In this document: in pieces, positions 49,219 through 57,744 of the stretch
How the letters are laid out: the number at the start of each line of letters is the position of its first letter
Numbering within the stretch: position 1 is the first letter of the stretch
NCBI GenBank assembly: GCA_964420085.1
Contig: CAYQRI010000001.1
Coordinates: 31,372 to 95,371 of the forward strand
Origin: an uncultured Ruminiclostridium sp.
GTDB lineage: Bacteria > Bacillota > Clostridia > Oscillospirales > Oscillospiraceae
DNA length: 64,000 bases
Reading direction: 5' to 3'
The notes under the pieces: generated by a model
Seen by the model: only the letters and a program-made list of their open reading frames with translations
Databases searched by the model: none
What the model was told of the DNA's origin: nothing
Made by a program: the position numbers and the translations under genes

Positions 49219-50985
49219 TTATACGGAAACTGTCCCGAGAAGTGTCACCACTCTCTGCCAAATCACGGTTAATCCAAAGCTATAGGCAGCGATGGAAGGA
49301 ATTTTACCGGCTAAAATCGTACCTGTAAAATACCGCCAGCTCATTTGTGTAGTACCCGCTAAATAGCACAGAAAATCATCGGGAGCTACCGGAAGAAAAA
49401 TGGCCCAGGTAAACATCTTATTGAAGCGATCCTTTTTGCTGGTCCAGCTTTGGTATTTGTGAATCAGCTGCCTGGAAAACATGAGATGCATCACACGCTG
49501 ACCAAAATTCTTGGAAATGGCAAAGACCAAGAGAGAGCCAATGCAAATGCCGATATAGTTATAGACAAAGCCATACAGCCCGCCAAATAGAATCACGCCA
49601 GCCAGGCAACCCAACCCCCCTGGGATAATGGGAACCACCACCTGTGTAATTTGCAAGAAAATGAAGAGCAGCGGCGCAAAAATTCCAACCTGTGTCACCA
49701 ATTCCTGCAAGGACTCCACGGAGGTAAACCAGCCGTTTTGATAGCCATAGCAGGTGAAAAAGATACAAAGCACCAACGAGGCGATTGAGCCAAAGGTTCC
49801 AATATGCCTTCCTCTGCCACTATAGTAGGTTCTGCTGTTGATGAGTTCAAGATAAATTTCCTCGATGCTTTTTGCAAAATGCTCAATGGAAAATTTCTCC
49901 ACACTGGTTTGGATGGTATGCGGAGACGCCAAAGCAAGCGCTTGGCTCTCGCAGGGGGCGCAATACTGTGAAAGGTGCGTGTGAAAGTCTTCCTCTGTTT
50001 CGTAAAAGAATCCATTCTCCCCTTCCACAAGGATATCCTTCAAGCAGTCATCCTTGCGACACAGGAGGGGTGTTCCGCTCGCCAAGGCTTCAATATAGGT
50101 CAGCCCTTGTGTTTCACTATTGGAAGCGCTGAGGAACACATCGGCAAGCCGATAATAGAGAGGAATTCGTTCCGGATCCACCATCCCGGCAAAGAGAACC
50201 TTGTCCTCTGCGTGAAGCGTATGAACCAGCGCCTTCAAATCCTCCAGTCTGGGTCCGTCGCCTACAATGAGAAAGACTGTTTTTTCCATTGTGCGGTTGG
50301 TGAGATAGGTAATCAGCTCCTCAATATTTTTCTCTTTTGAGACACGGCTGACAGACAGCAGGATTTTATAATCCTTGGGGATGGAAAGCTCTGCTCTGAG
50401 GGCATCCAGCTCCTCCTGTGCAATCTCTTGTTTGAATTTAGATAGGTTGATACCCGAAGGGGTGACCTTTACGGGGCTTCTCAGTGCGTATCCCATCAGC
50501 ATAGACTGCACCTTTGTGGTGGGTGCTACGATGGCATCACAATGTCTGGCCACCGCTCTGGTAAACTGTCTGACCACCTTTTTCCCCACGGTTTTACTGG
50601 GGGAAAAATAATGGGTATAGTCCTCATAAACCGTGTGATAGGTATGCACCAACGGGATATTCAGTTTTTTTGAAATAGTCTTTGCAACGGGGAAGGTGCT
50701 AAATTCAGTTTGAGAATGTATGATATCAGGCTTCCAATCGTAAATGTGCCGCATAATTCTTTTACAGGGGGCGATTTTGATTCGGACATCGGGATAAATG
50801 ACCTCTCCGCTGACGGAACCGATATAATAGTTGTTCCCTTTGATTTCATTTTTTCCTGTACTGGATAAGGTCAGCACTCTGACCTCGTGACCCAGCGTCT
50901 CGAGTCCTGTCTTCAAATTTATAATCGACGTCACGACGCCGTTAATTGTTGGTACATAACAATCGGATGTGATTAGGATTTTCAT
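49219..50985 (-). CDS. Glycosyltransferase family 4 (monoglucosyl-DAG synthase-like) fused to a TVP38/VTT (DedA) domain
   Basis: MKILITSDCYVPTINGVVTS, HTYHT, SETQGLTYIEALASG; C-terminal ~200 aa QVVVPIIPGG...FLPVAPDDFLCYLAG; one continuous frame. Confidence 0.85.
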   Translation of the reverse strand: MKILITSDCYVPTINGVVTSIINLKTGLETLGHEVRVLTLSSTGKNEIKGNNYYIGSVSGEVIYPDVRIKIAPCKRIMRHIYDWKPDIIHSQTEFSTFPVAKTISKKLNIPLVHTYHTVYEDYTHYFSPSKTVGKKVVRQFTRAVARHCDAIVAPTTKVQSMLMGYALRSPVKVTPSGINLSKFKQEIAQEELDALRAELSIPKDYKILLSVSRVSKEKNIEELITYLTNRTMEKTVFLIVGDGPRLEDLKALVHTLHAEDKVLFAGMVDPERIPLYYRLADVFLSASNSETQGLTYIEALASGTPLLCRKDDCLKDILVEGENGFFYETEEDFHTHLSQYCAPCESQALALASPHTIQTSVEKFSIEHFAKSIEEIYLELINSRTYYSGRGRHIGTFGSIASLVLCIFFTCYGYQNGWFTSVESLQELVTQVGIFAPLLFIFLQITQVVVPIIPGGLGCLAGVILFGGLYGFVYNYIGICIGSLLVFAISKNFGQRVMHLMFSRQLIHKYQSWTSKKDRFNKMFTWAIFLPVAPDDFLCYLAGTTQMSWRYFTGTILAGKIPSIAAYSFGLTVIWQRVVTLLGTVSV

Positions 50986-51542
50986 ATACAACCACTCCTT
51001 TCTTCCTCTTTCATGCTTATTGTACATGATAATTCTTGATTCTTTGTAGTAAAACTTTTAAGATTCATTTAAGAATTTCAAAGCATTTAACCGTGGAATT
51101 TTGCAAGAATCGATCTGATTTCTATTTTTCTCCTAATCTCATATAGTATACCACATTCCCTGTACATTTGCTTCCCTTTCGCTTCCCTTTTGCTTTCTAT
51201 TTTGGAGAAATATCAAGAAAATTCAAATATCATATGCTAACCGCCAACGCCTTTCTTCTTCTGCGTTTTGATGCCATGTATCCGCCCTATTTCGGCAGTG
51301 CCAAACAAAAACCTTGGTAAAGCGGCATAATTTGTGCTTTGTTTTCCAAAAGTTTATGGTATACTATAAGAGTTTGAGAGTCCACCGATTCATATCCATA
51401 AAAAATCCCGAATGGATCGCATTACAATACGAATGGAATCAGTGGCTCCCAGCGTCGCAGAGTTCACAGCGGGAACGAAACCCCGTGAACTTCTGGCTGA
51501 AACTATCCGCAGAGCTATGCTCTGCCCTATATGGAGGTCCTC

Positions 51543-53381
51543 ATGGATCATAAACTGGAAAAAATCTTAACTCGTGTGCAGAAGCCCGGTCGTTATGTGG
51601 GGGGCGAATACAATGCCGTTCACAAAGACAAGGATACCGTGGACTGTCGCTTCGCCTTCTGCTTCCCCGACACCTATGAAATTGGTATGTCAAACCTAGG
51701 TCTGCGCATTCTTTACGGTGTCATCAACAAGCTGGAGGGGGTATGGTGCGAGCGTGTCTTTGCTCCTTGGGGCGATATGGAGCAGGAAATGCGGAACGAA
51801 GAGCTTCCCCTTTACGCATTGGAAAGCGGCGACCCCATCGCCTCCTTCGATATGATTGGCTTCTCCCTGGGCTATGAAATGGCATATACCAACATTTTGA
51901 ATCTCTTGGATTTGGCAGGAATCCCGCTGGAAAGTGAGGACAGGCCAGACCTCACCCCCATCATTGTAGCCGGGGGAACCTGTACCTATAACCCCGAACC
52001 CATTGCCCCGTTCGTTGATATTGTTTCCTTGGGGGAAGGTGAGGATGTCACCGTCGAAATGATTGCCCTTTACCGCACGGCAAAAAAGGAGGGCTGGTCC
52101 AAGCAGGAATTTTTGCAGAAGGCTGCCCAAATCCCGGGCTTGTACATTCCCTCCCTCTATGAGATTTCCTATCACGAGGACGGCACCATTTCTGCCATAA
52201 CGCCTAAGGAGGGTGCGCCGGAAACGGTCTGCAAGCGTTTGGTCAAGGATTTGAATACGTCATACTATCCCGTCGAAACCATCGTTCCCTCCACAGAAAT
52301 CACCCACGACCGTGTCATGCTGGAGCTGTTTCGTGGCTGTATCCGTGGCTGCCGCTTCTGTCAGGCTGGCTTTGTCTATCGTCCCGTGCGCGGACGCACC
52401 CACGAGCTTCTGGCGCAGCAGGGGATTGATGCCTGCAAGGCATCGGGCTATCAGGAAATGACGCTGATGAGCCTTTCCTCCAGTGACTATCCCGACCTGC
52501 TGCCGCTCTGTGATGGTCTACTGGACTGGTGTCAGCCAAACAAAGTGAACATTTCGCTGCCTTCCCTGCGTGCTGATAACTTCTCGATGAGCCTGATGGA
52601 GAAGCTGCAGAAGGGCGGAAAAAAGAGCGGACTTACCTTCGCCCCCGAAGCCGGCTCGCAGCGTCTGCGGGATGCCATCAATAAAAATGTCACGGAGGAG
52701 GATCTGCTCCATTCCTGCCGCACGGCCTTTGCCGGTGGTTGGAGCAGCGTGAAGCTTTACTTCATGCTTGGTCTGCCCACCGAGACCGATGAAGACGTTT
52801 TAGGCATTGCGGAGCTTGCCACCAAGGTTTACCATGCTTGGCGAGAGAGCACCCCTAACTCCTCTCGTGGCGTGCGGATTACAGTTTCTACCTCCTGCTT
52901 CGTGCCAAAATCCCACACACCCTTTCAGTGGGAAGCACAGAATACCCAAGAGGAGTATTTACGCAAGGTAAACCTGTTGCGTGGTGCCATCCGCAATAAA
53001 TCCATCACCTATAACTGGCACGATCCCGAGACAAGCTTTTTAGAAGCCGCTCTGGCTCGTGGTGATCGCCGTATGGCCGCCGTCATCAAGGCCGCTTGGA
53101 AAAACGGCGCAAAGTTCGACTCTTGGAGTGAATATTTCCACCTGCAATACTGGCTGGATGCCTTCGAGAGCTGTGGGCTATCCCCTGCATTTTATGCCAA
53201 CCGAGCGCATTCTACGGACGAAATCCTGCCTTGGCACATCATTTCTGACGGTGTGAAGGAAAGCTATCTCCGGAAGGAACGCGACCAAGCCTACGCAGGG
53301 GTCATTACACCGGATTGCCGTGAAAAATGCTCCGGCTGCGGTGCCAATAAGCTTTGCGAAGGAGGGCTTTGTCATGGCTGA
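51543..53381 (+). CDS. TIGR03960 family B12-binding radical SAM protein
   Basis: VQKPGRYVGGE, FPDTYEIGMSNLG, RGCIRGCRFCQAG (CxxxCxxC), FAPEAGSQRLR; GGAGG RBS before 51543. Confidence 0.92.
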   Translation: MDHKLEKILTRVQKPGRYVGGEYNAVHKDKDTVDCRFAFCFPDTYEIGMSNLGLRILYGVINKLEGVWCERVFAPWGDMEQEMRNEELPLYALESGDPIASFDMIGFSLGYEMAYTNILNLLDLAGIPLESEDRPDLTPIIVAGGTCTYNPEPIAPFVDIVSLGEGEDVTVEMIALYRTAKKEGWSKQEFLQKAAQIPGLYIPSLYEISYHEDGTISAITPKEGAPETVCKRLVKDLNTSYYPVETIVPSTEITHDRVMLELFRGCIRGCRFCQAGFVYRPVRGRTHELLAQQGIDACKASGYQEMTLMSLSSSDYPDLLPLCDGLLDWCQPNKVNISLPSLRADNFSMSLMEKLQKGGKKSGLTFAPEAGSQRLRDAINKNVTEEDLLHSCRTAFAGGWSSVKLYFMLGLPTETDEDVLGIAELATKVYHAWRESTPNSSRGVRITVSTSCFVPKSHTPFQWEAQNTQEEYLRKVNLLRGAIRNKSITYNWHDPETSFLEAALARGDRRMAAVIKAAWKNGAKFDSWSEYFHLQYWLDAFESCGLSPAFYANRAHSTDEILPWHIISDGVKESYLRKERDQAYAGVITPDCREKCSGCGANKLCEGGLCHG

Positions 53382-54045
53382 TCAACGTATTCTTTTTTCC
53401 AAAGGGGATGCCGCAAGCTATAGCTCGCATTTGGATTTGATGCACACCATGGAGCGTGCCTTTTTGCGTGCGGGCATCTCCATTCGCCACACAGAGGGCT
53501 TTCATCCCCATCCCTATGTCTCAATCCCTCTGCCCTTGCCGTTATTTTTCTCCAGTGACTGTGAAATTTTAGAGTTCGGTTTGGTTTCCGGCGCAACTGT
53601 CGAAACCCTACCCGAAAAAATGAACCGTGTTCTTCCCAAGGGCATCGAAATTCGAGTCTGTTACGAGGGTGGTCTTCCCTTTCGAAAGCTCTCCTTTGTC
53701 CGCTATCAAATCACCTTGGAATTTGAAACCCCGCTCGCAGAGCAGGCAGAGTCTGCCTTCCGTGCGCTTCTTTCCAGAGAAAGCTTTGTGGTGAAGAAGC
53801 GCAGCAAGAAGGCAAAGAGCGGCTTTACTGAGGTCGATATCATTCCTCTCGTGGAGGACGTGGAATCCATACAAGCGGAGGGAAGCACACTTACCCTTAC
53901 ACTGCTTTTAAAAGCCCAAAATCCGGGGCTCAATCCTGACGTTTTGCTGCAAGGCTTTCGTGCGGAATACCCTGCATTTCCCATTGCATATTCCGCCTGT
54001 CACCGTTGTGAAATTCTGGACGACCAAAAACAGGTTTATCGGTAA
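53374..54045 (+). CDS. TIGR03936 (DUF2344) radical SAM-associated protein
   Basis: FSKG...YSSHLDLM...ERAFLRA...TEGFHPHP; overlaps the upstream radical SAM gene. Confidence 0.88.
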   Translation: MADQRILFSKGDAASYSSHLDLMHTMERAFLRAGISIRHTEGFHPHPYVSIPLPLPLFFSSDCEILEFGLVSGATVETLPEKMNRVLPKGIEIRVCYEGGLPFRKLSFVRYQITLEFETPLAEQAESAFRALLSRESFVVKKRSKKAKSGFTEVDIIPLVEDVESIQAEGSTLTLTLLLKAQNPGLNPDVLLQGFRAEYPAFPIAYSACHRCEILDDQKQVYR

Positions 54046-54057
54046 TTGCAAAACAAA

Positions 54058-54099
54058 TGCAGCCGCAGAAATGACTTCCGGTTATTTCTGTGGCTGCAC
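54058..54099. terminator. Hairpin between convergent genes
   Basis: TGCAGCCGCAGAAAT...ATTTCTGTGGCTGCA. Confidence 0.65.
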
Positions 54100-54152
54100 T
54101 CTATGTTCCCTCTATTCACAAAAAGACAGAACGTCATCTCAGCCATGCTTCT

Positions 54153-54851
54153 TTAGAAATCAGGCATCTCAAAACGAAGCGCCCAAGGCTCCTCCTGCAT
54201 TTTTTTTATTGCATCTGGATCCCCCCGTGCCGCCTTCTCCGATTCCAAATCCATTCGCACTGCGAGGATATTCTCCCGCCCAGACGGATACTCCTTCAGA
54301 TCATGCACACGCCATCCCAATCCGTGTATAAAGTGAATGGCATCTCCTACGCCTTGTTCCGCTTCAACCTCCAGATAGAATGACAAATTCGTGGGAACCT
54401 TTAAGTATTTATTATCTAGGACACTGACAAAAACCAGAACAACAATCAGGAGAACATACATAATTCCTGCGCAGACGTAAAAACCAACACCGACTGCAAT
54501 GCCCATGCAAGCCGTTGCCCAAAGGGTGGCCGCTGTCGTTAAGCCCTTGATTTCATTTCTGCGTGTGATAATAATGGTGCCGGCACCCAAAAAGCCGATG
54601 CCGCTGATCACCTGTGCACTCAATCTTGCTGGATCGCCCACACCATAGCTGGCATAAAGATATTCGCTGACCAGCATGGTAGAGGCTGCCCCGATACAGA
54701 GCAGCATATGCGTGCGCAGGCCCGCCGCCCGTTGCTTTTGTCCCCGCTCAAACCCAATGGTTCCACCAAAAAACAGAGCCAGCAACAGGCGGATAAAAAC
54801 AGACATGACATTGAGATCTCTCAGTTCTCCGATGAGCTCTAATTGAATCAT
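54153..54851 (-). CDS. MgtC/SapB family membrane protein
   Basis: IGFERG...AAGLRTH, DPARLSAQVISGIGFLGAG, GLTTAATLW. Confidence 0.93.
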   Translation of the reverse strand: MIQLELIGELRDLNVMSVFIRLLLALFFGGTIGFERGQKQRAAGLRTHMLLCIGAASTMLVSEYLYASYGVGDPARLSAQVISGIGFLGAGTIIITRRNEIKGLTTAATLWATACMGIAVGVGFYVCAGIMYVLLIVVLVFVSVLDNKYLKVPTNLSFYLEVEAEQGVGDAIHFIHGLGWRVHDLKEYPSGRENILAVRMDLESEKAARGDPDAIKKMQEEPWALRFEMPDF

Positions 54852-55073
54852 GACTACACCCTCTTTCTGCATCCACATTTTCACATATAAGTATAGCATT
54901 ATATGCTATTATATTGCCATGTTTTCTATAAGTTGTCAAACAAATTAAACAGTATCTCCGACTAATTGGGATGAAGCTTGTTTAAACTCACTATAGATGA
55001 TTGCTTTTTTTCCAGAAATGGGCTATACTGACCCCATTCACCATTTCACTTTACGCTTTGAAAGGAGCACACT

Positions 55074-56834
55074 ATGTCAGACAGTCAGGCAAAACGAACC
55101 TTTCCTCGCATCTTGACTAGCTTACTCATCACGCTTGTCATTGGTGCCATCTGGTTCTACGTTTCCCTGCCAGCCATCAACCTGCATAATACCAGCTTTT
55201 ATAGCTTTGTTCTCATCCTACTTCTGGTATACATTCTGGTCTTTATGATTGTACTGGGGGTCGATACAGGAAAACAAGGCGTTCATCTGAGAGATTACCT
55301 CTCCTTTGCAAAAAATCAGTGCAAAGCCGTGGTCGTCATCGTTCTCGCCTTAGCCGCCCTTTTTGTGATCGGACAACTGATCTCCGTGCCCTTCTTCCGT
55401 GCCAGCTCCTATCACAGCCTGCTGGACGTGGAAACCGGAGATTTTAAAAGCGACATTCAGCAGGTGTCCTTCAATGAAATTCCCATGCTGGATGAGTCCT
55501 CTGCACGGAGATTGGGCGATCGAAAGCTAGGCGAACTCTCTGATATGGTCAGCCAGTTTGAAGTCTCCTACGATTATACCCAAATTAACTACCAAGGCCG
55601 TCCCGTCCGTGTGGCTTCTCTGGAATACGGTGACTTCTTTAAATGGGTCATCAACAAAAAAGAGGGACTGCCTGCTTATATCACCGTAGATATGGTAAAC
55701 CAAGACGTAGAGGTCGTTCGCCTTTCCTCCCTGAATGCCGGCGGAATGCGATACTCCCCTTCCGAATTTTTCAATCGGGACTTGAATCGAACCCTACGCT
55801 TCCGCTACCCCACCTATATGTTCAGCTCCCCCCATTTGGAAATTGACGATGAAGGTCAGCCTTGGTGGGTCTGCCCCCGTGAAACCCGTACCGTCGGTCT
55901 GTTTGGTGGTGCTGATATTGTCGGCGCTGTCCTGCTGAATGCCTGCACCGGCGAAAGTGCCTACTATGACGCAAGCGATATTCCCACTTGGGTGGATCGT
56001 GTCTATTCTGCCAATTTGATCACACAGCAGTATAATTTCTATGGCACCTATACCAAAGGCTTCATCAACTCCATCATTGGTCAAAAGGATGTCACCGTGA
56101 CCACCTCTGACTATAACTATCTCGCCATGAACGACGATGTTTATATGTACACGGGTATCACCTCTGTCAGCAGTGACCAATCCAACATTGGCTTCCTGCT
56201 CTCGAACCAGAGAACCAAGGAAACGACCTTCTATCCCGCCCCCGGTGCCATTGAGGCGTCCGCACAGGACTCTGCCCAAGGTGTGGTGCAGGACTTGGGA
56301 TATACCGCCACCTTCCCTCTGCTGCTCAATATTGGCGGACAGCCCACCTATTTTATGTCGTTGAAGGACAGCTCTGACCTTGTTAAAATGTATGCGATGG
56401 TCAATGTCTCTCAATATCAGATTGTCGCAACAGGAACGTCAGTCGCCTCCTGTGAAGCGGATTATATCACCAAGCTGAGGCAGAGCAACATTCCTGTGGA
56501 TATTAAGGGCAACGAAATCGTCATCGACCAGTCGAAGATTTCGGGCACCGTCGCAGAAATTCGAACCGCTGTGCTTGGCGGAGATTCTTGGTATTATATC
56601 CGTCTGGACGGCTCGGATACCTTCTATGCGCTTGCGGCCTCTGCCAATCAGAAGGTAGTCATTTTGAACCCCGGCGACAATGTGAGCATGAAAACCAAGC
56701 CAGAGGATGTCGATGCTCCCATCCGCAATGCATCCCTTAGCTCGCCGGAGGATGCAGACGAATCACCCAATACTGCGGAGCCTTCCACAACAACCCCTCC
56801 CGCAGTGGCAGAGCCTGCCCCCGCTGCGGAATAA
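55074..56834 (+). CDS. Conserved membrane-anchored protein of unknown function with a large extracytoplasmic domain
   Basis: Three N-terminal TM segments, long Y/S/T-rich soluble region, OB-fold-like C-terminal segment and Pro/Ala/Glu tail; AAAGGAG RBS. Confidence 0.75.
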   Translation: MSDSQAKRTFPRILTSLLITLVIGAIWFYVSLPAINLHNTSFYSFVLILLLVYILVFMIVLGVDTGKQGVHLRDYLSFAKNQCKAVVVIVLALAALFVIGQLISVPFFRASSYHSLLDVETGDFKSDIQQVSFNEIPMLDESSARRLGDRKLGELSDMVSQFEVSYDYTQINYQGRPVRVASLEYGDFFKWVINKKEGLPAYITVDMVNQDVEVVRLSSLNAGGMRYSPSEFFNRDLNRTLRFRYPTYMFSSPHLEIDDEGQPWWVCPRETRTVGLFGGADIVGAVLLNACTGESAYYDASDIPTWVDRVYSANLITQQYNFYGTYTKGFINSIIGQKDVTVTTSDYNYLAMNDDVYMYTGITSVSSDQSNIGFLLSNQRTKETTFYPAPGAIEASAQDSAQGVVQDLGYTATFPLLLNIGGQPTYFMSLKDSSDLVKMYAMVNVSQYQIVATGTSVASCEADYITKLRQSNIPVDIKGNEIVIDQSKISGTVAEIRTAVLGGDSWYYIRLDGSDTFYALAASANQKVVILNPGDNVSMKTKPEDVDAPIRNASLSSPEDADESPNTAEPSTTTPPAVAEPAPAAE

Positions 56835-56868
56835 TCCCCCTCTCTAGGATACCCTAAACCAAACACTG

Positions 56869-56911
56869 GGACACCCGAAGTACGGAAGTAAACCGGACAC
56901 TTCGGGTGTCC
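56869..56911 (+). terminator. Terminator hairpin
   Basis: GGACACCCGAAGT...ACTTCGGGTGTCC followed by TTCTTT. Confidence 0.65.
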
Positions 56912-56967
56912 TTCTTTGTCAATAGATACCCCTTTCATTATATTTTTTATTTATTTCAAAAAAAGCC

Positions 56968-56996
56968 TTGACATTCTTGTCTCTTCATGCTATTAT
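56968..56996 (+). promoter_or_regulatory. sigmaA promoter
   Basis: TTGACA-N17-TATTAT with an extended TG. Confidence 0.7.
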
Positions 56997-57053
56997 AACT
57001 TCACTGCGATGCGAGTCTGCACCGTAGTATTTTTATTATGAAGAGGTTATCCC

Positions 57054-57323
57054 ATGTTTAATGACAAAACAATCGTCTGCAAGGATTGCGGACAAGAATT
57101 CACCTTTACCGCAAGTGAGCAGGAATTTTTCGCAGAAAAGGGTTTTACCAACGAGCCTCAGCGTTGTAAGCCCTGCCGTAATGCTCGTAAGGGCAACAAC
57201 AACTCCCGTGGCGCTCGCCAGATGTTCAGCGCAGTTTGTGCTGAGTGTGGCAAGCCTTGCCAGGTTCCTTTCGAGCCTCGCAACGATCGTCCTGTTTATT
57301 GCAGCGATTGTTTCAGAAGATAA
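57054..57323 (+). CDS. Double zinc-ribbon protein (zf-trcl plus CxxC-x17-CxxC)
   Basis: CKDCGQEFTFTASEQEFF...PQRCKPCR and CAECG...CSDCF. Confidence 0.9.
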   Translation: MFNDKTIVCKDCGQEFTFTASEQEFFAEKGFTNEPQRCKPCRNARKGNNNSRGARQMFSAVCAECGKPCQVPFEPRNDRPVYCSDCFRR

Positions 57324-57371
57324 GTATCTAAACCTAAGAGCGCTGTGGAAACAGATGCCTTAGTCTGAACC

Positions 57372-57415
57372 AAAATCGGGTCTACGATGACAACTGTCAT
57401 TGTAGACCCGATTTT
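57372..57415. terminator. Bidirectional terminator hairpin
   Basis: AAAATCGGGTCTAC...GTAGACCCGATTTT. Confidence 0.7.
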
Positions 57416-57429
57416 GTTGCTTTTTTTGA

Positions 57430-57744
57430 TTATGTTGCATCCTCATCCATCGCTTCGATGAAAAAGCTGACAGGACGAAAGCCATCATTGCAGGAAATCA
57501 TGGCAGACTTGGGATTCTTCATCCAACCATCATATAGATTCTCGCCACCGTGGGCAAGGGTCATGACGAAGGGGGAAATACTCCCCCACGCACTTTCACA
57601 AAATCCATCGGGCTTTGCCCAGCCGTTGGCAATAAAAACCTGTCCCTCCTCCACGTCACAGGCGTGGTCTATGGGATTTTCATACCGCTCCGCCAAATCC
57701 TTGTAAAATGCCTTGCGCACAACCGTGATTCTACATTTTTTCAT
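57430..57744 (-). CDS. TIGR04076 family protein
   Basis: MKKCRITV...CDVEEGQVF...FCESAW...ISCNDGFRPVSF; start overlaps the end of ligA. Confidence 0.85.
   Translation of the reverse strand: MKKCRITVVRKAFYKDLAERYENPIDHACDVEEGQVFIANGWAKPDGFCESAWGSISPFVMTLAHGGENLYDGWMKNPKSAMISCNDGFRPVSFFIEAMDEDAT

Noticed and set aside
54900-55070. Possible Mg2+ (M-box) riboswitch before mgtC
   Set aside because: The intergenic region is short and AT-rich and shows no M-box motifs.
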